A stretch of 32,000 nucleotides of DNA from Fibrobacter succinogenes subsp. succinogenes S85 (GTDB lineage: Bacteria > Fibrobacterota > Fibrobacteria > Fibrobacterales > Fibrobacteraceae), in NCBI RefSeq assembly GCF_000146505.1, contig NC_017448.1, positions 2,700,001 through 2,732,000 on the forward strand, written 5' to 3'. The notes beneath the pieces are model-generated. The model saw only the letters and a list, made by a program, of their open reading frames with translations, had not been told where the DNA came from and made no database searches. Made by a program: the position numbers and the translations under genes. Shown in pieces: positions 19,148 to 26,419 of the stretch (positions within the stretch are counted from its first letter, which is position 1; the number at the start of each line of letters is the position of its first letter).

Positions 19148-19867
19148 ATGTTTGATGGTAACGCTAATAACAGTTTTCAACAGAGAAATGATATTTCCGA
19201 AATAAAGGAACAGCTGCAACGCCTTTCTGCAGCGCATGAGCAAACGATTCATAAACAAAATGAATTGATTGGCAGGTTGCATGAATGCATTGTCAAGTAT
19301 GGTAATGACGTTCTTTTCAAGTCGCAAAAAGATCTTATTGAAGAGATGATTCAGCTGGCAGATCAAGTACATTACTGTATCCAGGATCAGAAAAAAGAGC
19401 GAAATTATCAGTTGCTGTTAGATTCAATGATTCAGATAAGCCAATGGATTGATGCTAGCTTGAGCCGTGTCAAGGTGCGTCGATTTGATTCCGGTGAAAA
19501 ATGTTTTCGTGAATTTAATGCCAAAAGGCAAGAAGTCGTTAATACTGTTGAAACGACTAATTCGTCTGAAGATGGATGCTATAAATCGGAGCTGCCTGGA
19601 TATGAGTGGACCATCCCATTTGTAGGGTCTGTTGAATCAATGCTGTCCGAAGGTGTTCCACAAAAATTTGAGTTTGTATTCAGACCTGAACAAGTCGTTT
19701 CGCTCAAGTATAGGCCAGTTAATGCAGAATCGCAAACGCAAAAATTGGTTGATGTTGTTTCCGAGAGCAAGCCTTCGGTATTTTCTAGCGTGTCGTCTGA
19801 CAAGTTGGAATGTAAACGCAGTTTTAGGCAATGGCTTTTGTCACTCTTATTTAAAAAAATTTTTTAA
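19148..19867 (+). CDS. GrpE-like nucleotide-exchange-factor paralogue 1
   Basis: A coiled-coil N-terminal half, then NDVLFKSQKDLIEEMIQLADQV...LLDSMIQISQWIDASL...KRQEVV...LPGYEWT...FRPEQVVSLKY. This follows the GrpE pattern (A.KF...LL.V.D.L...G...L...FDP..H.A...GY...RPA.V.V). It has a 55-aa C-terminal tail ending WLLSLLFKKIF. Confidence 0.5.
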   Translation: MFDGNANNSFQQRNDISEIKEQLQRLSAAHEQTIHKQNELIGRLHECIVKYGNDVLFKSQKDLIEEMIQLADQVHYCIQDQKKERNYQLLLDSMIQISQWIDASLSRVKVRRFDSGEKCFREFNAKRQEVVNTVETTNSSEDGCYKSELPGYEWTIPFVGSVESMLSEGVPQKFEFVFRPEQVVSLKYRPVNAESQTQKLVDVVSESKPSVFSSVSSDKLECKRSFRQWLLSLLFKKIF

Positions 19868-19880
19868 GAAGAATTAGAAT

Positions 19881-20789
19881 ATGAAGGATACAACTGAAAA
19901 ACATGTTGAAAGTAACGTGGCGGAATCAGCGGCTGCGCCATCTATAGATGATAATCCGGCACAGATATCTGCAGAGAATGTTTTGGAACCTGAGACTGAA
20001 ACAAAGGAGATTCCTGCAACAGAGATGCCTGATGTCGTAGTGGAACTCCGTAGCGAATTTGAACAAATAAAACGTTCATTTGCAAAACAAAATGAAGAGA
20101 ATGCGGACGCTTTGAAGATGTTGAATGAAAATGCCCAAAATTTCTATAAAAAAATGGAGCCGTATCTTCAAAGGCTTGATAAAAATGTTTTTGTTCTCGG
20201 AAAAAAAAGTTCTGATGTAGAAAATGCTTTAAAAGGATTGCATGGTGAATGTCTGGAAAAACGTGAACAGTTTATAAAAGAACAGTCTGATACTATTGCA
20301 AAACAGCAGGACTCGTTAAAAGAGCTTTCTGGAGCAATCAATAAGCTTCAAGATTGCATGACTCGCTATCAGAACGATGTTTTGTTCAAAGCGCAAAAGG
20401 AAATTTTGGAAGATTTAATTCAACTTTCGGATCAAGTACGTTGCAATATTTTGGATCAAGAACAAAATCAGAATTACGAATCACTGCTAGATTCTATGAA
20501 GCAAATTGGCAAATGGATAGACGCAAGCCTAGAGCGTTCAAAAATGCATAAGTTCGAAGATTGCTGCCATGGAAATACCACCATCGACAAGAAAAGGCAA
20601 GAAGTCGTGGATATCGAGGAAACGGAAAGCGCCGAAAAAGATGGATACTTTGTCACTCGCCAACCTGGATATTTGTGGACGATTCCTTTGGTGGGAAGCG
20701 TTGATACTATGCTTTCAGGGAATGCCCCGCAGACGTTTGAATTTGTATTTAGGCCTGAACAGGTGGTAAAACTTAAGTACAAAAAGTGA
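19881..20789 (+). CDS. GrpE-like nucleotide-exchange-factor paralogue 2 (longer acidic/coiled-coil N-terminus)
   Basis: The C-terminal roughly 150 aa are clearly paralogous to the preceding gene (NDVLFKAQKEILEDLIQLSDQV, LLDSMKQIGKWIDASL, KRQEVV, QPGYLWTIPLVGSV, FEFVFRPEQVVKLKY). Confidence 0.5.
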   Translation: MKDTTEKHVESNVAESAAAPSIDDNPAQISAENVLEPETETKEIPATEMPDVVVELRSEFEQIKRSFAKQNEENADALKMLNENAQNFYKKMEPYLQRLDKNVFVLGKKSSDVENALKGLHGECLEKREQFIKEQSDTIAKQQDSLKELSGAINKLQDCMTRYQNDVLFKAQKEILEDLIQLSDQVRCNILDQEQNQNYESLLDSMKQIGKWIDASLERSKMHKFEDCCHGNTTIDKKRQEVVDIEETESAEKDGYFVTRQPGYLWTIPLVGSVDTMLSGNAPQTFEFVFRPEQVVKLKYKK

Positions 20790-20846
20790 AAACTGTTGAC
20801 TTTTTAAGAAACGTCTCTGCGTTCCTTTTTACTACGCCGCTATAAG

Positions 20847-20910
20847 AAAACCCGATGACCAGAAGGTCACCGGGCTTTTCGTTCAACTAGGAGGTTACTA
20901 TGGAATTTTA
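20847..20910. repeat. Copy A of a roughly 60-bp direct repeat (terminator hairpin plus caactaggaggttactatggaatttta)
   Basis: Reads aaaacccgatgacc-agaag-gtcaccgggctttt..caactaggaggttactatggaatttta. The hairpin plus T-run also serves as the terminator of the Hsp70 cluster. Confidence 0.85.
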
Positions 20911-20973
20911 ATTGTTGTTTCTACTTATATATCGGAACGAGATTTGTGACTGTAAAGCTCAAAAAGAAAAAAA

Positions 20974-20994
20974 TCGTTCGCCATTGGCGAACGA
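20974..20994 (-). terminator. Terminator downstream of the RelB/PIN operon (bidirectional shape)
   Basis: tcgttcgcc-attg-gcgaacga flanked by A- and T-runs, about 75 nt past the PIN stop. Confidence 0.6.
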
Positions 20995-21068
20995 AAAATC
21001 TTAAGTTTCGCAAAGTGCTAGCCGCTATGAATTGTTGAAAAACGAGTTGCCGTGGGGCTTTGCTGTGT

Positions 21069-21524
21069 TTATGGTCTGTATTTTCGCATGCAGTCGTTCA
21101 TGAACATTTTTTGCAGAGGAGCATCGATAATCTCAAGAAATTCTCGCGGTGTGACAACGAATTCGCAGACGGGGAAGTGTTTGATGTTGCCTGTTACTAG
21201 GTACGCCCCGTTATCTCGCCTTGCGAGAACAACATTGTAGAATACAACGTCTTTAGGGTCTGGCAAAGTTGTGCCACTTGGTGGCGCGTCTACGTCTAAG
21301 CTATGTTTTAACAATTCAGAAATAACGGTTTCGATGGATTCTTTTTCTAAACCAAATTTCGGGCGAGATAGAACTTCTCGGTATTCGGCAAGAATCTCTT
21401 TATTGACTAGTATGCAGACGAATCCTGAAAATATTCTTTGAACAACTTGCAATACCGGCGAATTTGGAGATTTGGTAATAAGTGCGGAAACAATGACATT
21501 TGTGTCAATGACTGCGTAAATCAT
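21069..21524 (-). CDS. PIN-domain toxin (PIN_3-type)
   Basis: MIYAVIDTNVIVSALI... at the N-terminus is typical of PIN toxins, and GAGGGGG precedes this ATG. An alternative start at 21539 adds MSRGF. Confidence 0.75.
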   Translation of the reverse strand: MIYAVIDTNVIVSALITKSPNSPVLQVVQRIFSGFVCILVNKEILAEYREVLSRPKFGLEKESIETVISELLKHSLDVDAPPSGTTLPDPKDVVFYNVVLARRDNGAYLVTGNIKHFPVCEFVVTPREFLEIIDAPLQKMFMNDCMRKYRP

Positions 21525-21545
21525 GAACCCCCTCGACATACGGGT

Positions 21546-21839
21546 TTATTTGCCGGAACGGTATGCGGCGATTTCTGCCTCAATTTCGGATTCGCTCATG
21601 CCTGCGGCTGCGCTTCGCTGGGCTTGTTTGCGTAAGTCCATGAACGCTTTCCAACCTGGATTGGCGTTATAAATTGCGGATGGGTCCCGCAGTTCAAAGG
21701 GAATTCCCTTTTCAGCAACAGCGCGTTTAAAAAAGATGCGAATGGCCGTTGGAATGTCTATTCCAAGGCTTTCGAAAATCTCCGCCGCTTCATTTTTTAA
21801 ATTCTCGTCAAGACGTACTTGTAATACAGTTGTAGCCAT
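21546..21839 (-). CDS. RelB/DinJ-family antitoxin
   Basis: MATTVLQVRLDENLKNEAAEIFESLGIDIPTAIRIFFKRAV is the RelB/DinJ ribbon-helix-helix signature. SD aagagg lies upstream of the ATG at 21839, and the longer track ORF (to 21905) is unlikely. Confidence 0.8.
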   Translation of the reverse strand: MATTVLQVRLDENLKNEAAEIFESLGIDIPTAIRIFFKRAVAEKGIPFELRDPSAIYNANPGWKAFMDLRKQAQRSAAAGMSESEIEAEIAAYRSGK

Positions 21840-21976
21840 AATAACCTCTTTTATATTATAAATATAATGTAAAATAATACGTGAGTCAATGGTGTTGTTT
21901 TTCATTTGACGCTTGACGAGTTTACACTGGAATATGATTATTCGATATTATTATATATGTGTTTTTGGAGGTTTTC

Positions 21977-22588
21977 ATGGTAGCGCTTCCTTCGATGGCT
22001 CAAGTTGTCGCATGGTTTGGCTGGGGAAATGGCCCCGGCGCCATTGCTGCTGTCAGTGCCGTTTTGACGATAGTCGTTTTGTTGGCTCCTGTCATTGCGG
22101 GGCTGATTTTATTTGGGCTTGAACGTTTGCAAGTGTCGCTCATCGGGGCGCTCAATCGCGATTTGGCGTACTTTTTCGTGAATTTTGTGACGTTCCCGGG
22201 GACGTTCGTGCATGAGATGTCTCATTTGGTATTCGCTGTAATTACAGGGGCGGAAGTGAATGAAGTCTGCATGTTTGAAAATGATGGCGGGCGTCTTGGC
22301 CATATCAGTTATCGTACGAGGGGACCGTGGTTCATGGCGGCGGTGCAGCATTCGCTAACCGCAGTGGCTCCGACGGTTGTCGGATTTGCACTTGGCTATG
22401 TGCTGCTGAAGTATATCTTTGCAGGGACTCACTCTGTTTGGGCTTACGTCGGGCTTTGGTATTTGGTGATTTCGCTGATAGATCATTCCACGATGAGCGA
22501 TTCGGACCTGGAACATTATTTTCAGGGCGTGTGGATTTTTATCCTTCCGGTTTTCCTCGTGTTTTTCGGGCTAGGGTACTGGGGATGA
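21977..22588 (+). CDS. Polytopic membrane protein with HExxH zinc-metallopeptidase motif
   Basis: FPGTFVHEMSHLVFAVITGAEV sits among several hydrophobic helices. ggagg SD precedes the ATG at 21977; the track start at 21959 is a GTG. Confidence 0.55.
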   Translation: MVALPSMAQVVAWFGWGNGPGAIAAVSAVLTIVVLLAPVIAGLILFGLERLQVSLIGALNRDLAYFFVNFVTFPGTFVHEMSHLVFAVITGAEVNEVCMFENDGGRLGHISYRTRGPWFMAAVQHSLTAVAPTVVGFALGYVLLKYIFAGTHSVWAYVGLWYLVISLIDHSTMSDSDLEHYFQGVWIFILPVFLVFFGLGYWG

Positions 22589-22643
22589 ATTTTTTCGCCA
22601 TGTGAAAAAATCGCCAGCCGGTGGCTGACGATTTGATGATTCT

Positions 22644-22979
22644 CTAAGCTGAGGCGGCGTTGTCTAGCAATACATTTACATAGGTTTGATATGGAATGCC
22701 TGCGGCTGCAGCTTTGCGTTTGATTGCGTCCACTGTTTTGACCTTGAGCCTTATGGAATACATTTTCTTTTCTTCCTTGGCTTCGGCTATGGCACGGCTG
22801 ATGCGTGCTATGGATTCCTCGATAGTTTCCGACTCGTGTCCTCCGGTGATGATTATCGGATCTCTCATTGTGGTGTCGTTTTCAAGAGCCTCAATTTCTT
22901 CCTTAGAAAGAAAATCATCAACTAGCTTGAAACCCTTGGGCAGTTTAACCTTTTCGGGCTTTTTTCTCTTCATCTTCAT
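22644..22979 (-). CDS. BrnA-like / CopG-RHH antitoxin
   Basis: The C-terminus SIRLKVKTVDAIKRKAAAAGIPYQTYVNVLL matches the BrnA antitoxin pattern (..iRld..v...K..A...G.gYQT.iN..L). It overlaps the upstream toxin gene. Confidence 0.6.
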   Translation of the reverse strand: MKMKRKKPEKVKLPKGFKLVDDFLSKEEIEALENDTTMRDPIIITGGHESETIEESIARISRAIAEAKEEKKMYSIRLKVKTVDAIKRKAAAAGIPYQTYVNVLLDNAASA

Positions 22980-23187
22980 GAGCTCTCCTTACGGTTATCA
23001 AAGTTTTTAAATCGTCAGAAACAATTAATGTCCAAAAATGATTGTCAACTTCGGATGTGATTTTAGATACACCTTCTTTATCGGATGGATCCCGTACTAG
23101 GTCTTTTCTCCGCAGTACTTTTCCAAGCATTTCTACGGTAAAGCCTCTTTCACGCATTCTTTCAAAAGCGTGTTTTGTAATATTCAT
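22945..23187 (-). CDS. DUF4258-like small toxin
   Basis: An 80-aa protein with ITKHAFERMRERGFTVEML...LITVRRA, resembling the DUF4258 pattern. Toxin-first gene order, as in BrnT/BrnA. Confidence 0.5.
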   Translation of the reverse strand: MNITKHAFERMRERGFTVEMLGKVLRRKDLVRDPSDKEGVSKITSEVDNHFWTLIVSDDLKTLITVRRAHEDEEKKARKG

Positions 23188-23562
23188 CTATTACCCTCTT
23201 TATTATAGAAAATGTATAGACTGATGTCAATACGTATTGCAATACATCAAATGAATATGGTTCATTTGATTTTTGTCTTGTTCTTGGGAAATTTCCACGA
23301 TTCGCGTGGAAATGGGATGCTCTTGCGGTGCTGTTGGCGAGGGTTTTCCTCGGCGTTACTTGGCGCAGTTCAATCTGCGCACTCGAGCAGGCTGTTTCTC
23401 CTGCCAGCTATCCAACAACATCTACAAGAATGTGGATGCGCCTCGTCGCGGATGCACGTACGGGCCATAGGCCTATGCCGACTGTCACGAGGATTGTCGA
23501 AATACGAGGATAAATATATGAATAGGCAAAAGGAAAGTCAATAAGGCGCATTTTACTATGAC

Positions 23563-23623
23563 AAAACCCGATGACCTGACGATCACCGGGCTTTTTCAAC
23601 TAGGAGGTTACTATGGAATTTTA
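23563..23623. repeat. Copy B of the roughly 60-bp direct repeat; its hairpin doubles as terminator of the sigma-like gene at 23640-24350
   Basis: Reads aaaacccgatgacc-tgacga-tcaccgggcttttt-caactaggaggttactatggaatttta. It is near-identical to 20847-20910 apart from the loop and a 3-nt indel. Confidence 0.85.
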
Positions 23624-23639
23624 CGATATTGACTAGGCG

Positions 23640-24350
23640 TTACGCCGCCATGAGGAGGCGGCATTCGTCTTCGAGCCCGCAGTCGATCAAAAACTTGCAA
23701 ATGTTCTTCTTGATCTTGCCCGTGTTGGCGCGGGTGCAGTGCAGCGCTTCGGCGACTTCGACGTCGGTGTACTTGTCGCAATTGCGGCTCACCTCGTACA
23801 TGGTGTCGAATGCCTTGAGCATCTTGGGGCTCTTGGCGAGACGGTGCCTGATGATGTCGATGATTTCGCACTGTTCGTAGTCGCTTTCGAGCACGTTGCG
23901 TTCCCCGGTAAACGGGTTCATATCGCCGTTGTCAATGATGGAGTCGGCTTCGTCATCGTTTTTCTTCAGCTTGCTTTCGGTTTTTTCGCGGTCGCCGCGC
24001 TTGGAGTTGTTGCGCTTTTCGTCGGCCATGTGCCAGCTGATTCTTTGTGCGAAGAAAGCTTCGAAGGGGACTTTCATGCTCGGGTTGAAATCATGCACGG
24101 CCTTGCAGAAGACCATGTAGGCGTCGCCGGCCAGGTTGGCCTTGCGTTCCTTGGGGCTGCAGCCGTTGAGGCTAAAATCGGAGCAGATCTGGAACGAGTT
24201 CTTGGCGACGAGTGCCATGACGTAGTCCCCGAAGATGTCCCAAAGGGTGTACATTGCCTTGTCGTGGGCGTATTCGCTCGGGGCGGCCTGAGCGATGGCG
24301 ATGAGGTTGTTGATCTGGGAGGCGGTGGCCTTGGTGGTGTTGTGCTGCAT
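23640..24350 (-). CDS. Sigma-70-family-like regulator, paralogue 1
   Basis: A region-2-like block (AGDAYMVFCKAVHDFNPSMKVPFEAFFAQRISWHMADEKR) and a C-terminal HTH-like block (TDVEVAEALHCTRANTGKIKKNI). SD aaaggag precedes the ATG at 24350; the track ORF extends to 24422. Confidence 0.5.
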   Translation of the reverse strand: MQHNTTKATASQINNLIAIAQAAPSEYAHDKAMYTLWDIFGDYVMALVAKNSFQICSDFSLNGCSPKERKANLAGDAYMVFCKAVHDFNPSMKVPFEAFFAQRISWHMADEKRNNSKRGDREKTESKLKKNDDEADSIIDNGDMNPFTGERNVLESDYEQCEIIDIIRHRLAKSPKMLKAFDTMYEVSRNCDKYTDVEVAEALHCTRANTGKIKKNICKFLIDCGLEDECRLLMAA

Positions 24351-24403
24351 AAGCAAGCTCCTTTGGGAAGTTGAAAATTTTGAGACAAGACGGCAAAACG
24401 CCC

Positions 24404-24423
24404 TTTGATAATTTTTTATCAAA
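24404..24423. promoter_or_regulatory. AT-rich perfect palindrome tttgataa-tttt-ttatcaaa in the leader of sigma-like paralogue 1
   Basis: 8-bp arms, 54-73 nt upstream of the ATG at 24350. An analogous palindrome lies upstream of paralogue 2. Confidence 0.5.
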
Positions 24424-24536
24424 AGACTATGGCGTGAATTGCTGAAATGTTGTTTATTTGGTCAAGCCGTTTGCTGGACCTATATAGACGAAAATCGGTG
24501 TTGCGCTGTTCAATGCGCTGGAAAAACGAATAGAGA

Positions 24537-24569
24537 AAATCTTATTCAATCTCATGCTCCTAAATATAG
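24537..24569 (-). promoter_or_regulatory. Conserved 33-nt box (minus strand CTATATTTAGGAGCATGAGATTGAATAAGATTT) upstream of sigma-like paralogue 1
   Basis: It matches 27346-27378 at about 30 of 33 positions and is preceded on the minus strand by the palindrome tgtcataatatgaca (24580-24594). Confidence 0.6.
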
Positions 24570-24800
24570 AAAACCGGTATGTCATAATATGACAGCCGAA
24601 AATTTCTTTTGTAAAGTTTTCTAAACTTTTGAGATCGAAGAGTGTAGACGTCCAAATCATATCCGTGTTATATATCGACTGTTAAAGTGAAAAAGTAAAC
24701 TGAAAAAGTTGAATTTTTTTCAAAAAAAATTTTTTCTCCCCATATTTACATGCGGATTTTATGAATCGATATCATGGTGTACACTTCTTTGGAGGTCTGC

Positions 24801-25709
24801 ATGAAACTCTTTAAACCCCTTTCGTTTAAAATCTTTGGCACGTCTTTAGGCGAGTGGTTGTTGTGGTTTACTATCGGCTTAATCATTGGTGGGGTAATTT
24901 CCATATTTATTAGTAGGGTGGAAATTTCGTGGAAACCTCCCCGTAATTATGCGCATTGCCCTGAAAAGGATATTGATGGCTACTATTTTCAGAAGCTCGA
25001 GACCTTTGTGGACCCGCGCGACAGCAACGAATATATAGTGCTGAAGTATGCTGGGTATACTGGCTGCGACATGTCGGAACACGATTCGGGCTTTGTGGCG
25101 GGTGGTGATACCGTGACTTTCCACTTGATGCTGGAAAATTTGCGATACAAGACGCATTGCAGTTTCTGCCTGGATTCCTCTTGCGAGCGAGGGCGCTATT
25201 ACTCTTCTATAGGGCGACTCAACGCATGTCCTGCGGGCTGGAAAATCGCCTCAGCGGAGCAGAATGCGGGGCTGTTTTTCTCCCCAAAGGGGCATTTGAT
25301 GTATTGGCCGACGTTTAGCCCTACTAAGGTCGTGGATTCTTTGGACCCGAGTGGCCTGAAGCGTTTGCGAGCACACCTGCACGAAGAGACTTACGGGTGG
25401 GTCGATACGGTTGAACTGAACCTGTCCGGGTTTTACAATAACGAGAAGGATTCTATGGAATTTGTGGACTCCCTGAGCGTCGTCTGGACGGATGACGGGT
25501 TCCCGACTGTGATTGTGCCGAACAGTTACACGAAAGAACAGCAAGATGGGATTAAGGAAACCATGAGAGGTATCCTCTTGAAACAGGATTATTATTACCC
25601 AATCCGCTGCATCCGTATAGACGATCCGAACCACATGATGGATAGCCAGAAATCGAATATGACGACGTATTACAACAATATGAGACAATTGCCGTATCTG
25701 TATCGGTAA
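24801..25709 (+). CDS. FISUMP (Fibrobacter succinogenes major paralogous domain) protein with an N-terminal TM anchor
   Basis: FVDPRDSNEYIV...MLENL...GRYYSS...CPAGWKIASAEQ matches the remembered FISUMP pattern (DPRD..Y, ..ENL, GrlY, CP.GW.lPs). ggagg SD precedes the ATG at 24801. Confidence 0.6.
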   Translation: MKLFKPLSFKIFGTSLGEWLLWFTIGLIIGGVISIFISRVEISWKPPRNYAHCPEKDIDGYYFQKLETFVDPRDSNEYIVLKYAGYTGCDMSEHDSGFVAGGDTVTFHLMLENLRYKTHCSFCLDSSCERGRYYSSIGRLNACPAGWKIASAEQNAGLFFSPKGHLMYWPTFSPTKVVDSLDPSGLKRLRAHLHEETYGWVDTVELNLSGFYNNEKDSMEFVDSLSVVWTDDGFPTVIVPNSYTKEQQDGIKETMRGILLKQDYYYPIRCIRIDDPNHMMDSQKSNMTTYYNNMRQLPYLYR

Positions 25710-25721
25710 AAAGGAGAACCT

Positions 25722-26363
25722 ATGCTTTTCGGTAAAAAACGCTGGATATGCGACGAGGTGGAACAAATGCTGTTGGCGCTCCACCCGGCGTACGACATCC
25801 GTGTCAAAATTAAGACTAACGGGAAAACTGTGGATTTCCCGTTCCGCGATAACGAGGGCAAGATGTTCGTGGACCCTTATAGGCGCGATGTCGTCAGTGT
25901 GGACGTCGATTACATGCGGGAGGGCTATCCCGTAGAAACATTTTATGTCGGGAAGGACGGACTCGCTGATTGGAGCGTGCCTTACATCAGGGAACGTCTG
26001 GATCGGTATGTCTCGCAGTTCCCTAAGATGAGTTGGACAACAAGTTTGAAGCGTTTGGCAAATATGCGCGAAGAACTCCGCACGGCAATCTGCAATAGCA
26101 TGGGGGTGAATTTCACCCGTTTGGAAGGCGATACTTCGTCGTCTATTGGGGTCGTCTTTAATTGTCTTTCTCTTGAGCAGAGGCGGCGAGTCTGCGATGT
26201 CATTTGCAACCTGGATAGCGATGCCATCTCGATTCAGGCTGACTTTTTGCTTGATAACGTGGATGAAAATCGCATTTACGCCACGCTTGATGAACTCGCT
26301 CTGTACGATGCCGCGAAAGAAGCGGAACAGTACGGATGTGGGGAAGATGGGCTAGGGTTTTAA
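25722..26363 (+). CDS. Hypothetical protein (213 aa)
   Basis: aaggag SD, start 12 nt after the FISUMP stop, and a terminator follows. No motif recognised. Confidence 0.55.
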   Translation: MLFGKKRWICDEVEQMLLALHPAYDIRVKIKTNGKTVDFPFRDNEGKMFVDPYRRDVVSVDVDYMREGYPVETFYVGKDGLADWSVPYIRERLDRYVSQFPKMSWTTSLKRLANMREELRTAICNSMGVNFTRLEGDTSSSIGVVFNCLSLEQRRRVCDVICNLDSDAISIQADFLLDNVDENRIYATLDELALYDAAKEAEQYGCGEDGLGF

Positions 26364-26381
26364 GGGTGAATATAGGAGAAT

Positions 26382-26409
26382 GCCGTGGAATTTGACCACG
26401 GCTTTTTTT
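26382..26409 (+). terminator. Rho-independent terminator
   Basis: gccgtgg-aatttga-ccacggc followed by TTTTTTT. Confidence 0.75.
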
Positions 26410-26419
26410 CTTTTTTCCA

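Noticed and set aside
20899-20910. Mini-ORF ATG GAA TTT TAA behind a strong aggagg in the direct repeat
   Set aside because: Copy B reads through to a different 7-codon peptide. Conservation is at the nucleotide level and ends with the repeat, so a coding role is unlikely.
23363-23380. tRNA T-arm-like hairpin gcgcag-TTCAAT-ctgcgc, a possible tRNA fragment or att site
   Set aside because: The loop is 6 nt rather than 7. The flanking sequence cannot be folded into D, anticodon or acceptor stems, and only 5 of 7 acceptor pairs form in the best register.
23526-23545. aggaaagtc resembling the RNase P RNA GGAAAGUCC core
   Set aside because: It is an isolated 9-mer. None of the other conserved RNase P regions or pairings are visible nearby.
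23739-24374. 211-aa plus-strand ORF (and the analogous 26720-27241 ORF) opposite the sigma-like genes
   Set aside because: These are Gly/Val/Ala-rich antisense shadows. The minus-strand frames are paralogous to each other, have good SD sequences and have sigma-like motifs.
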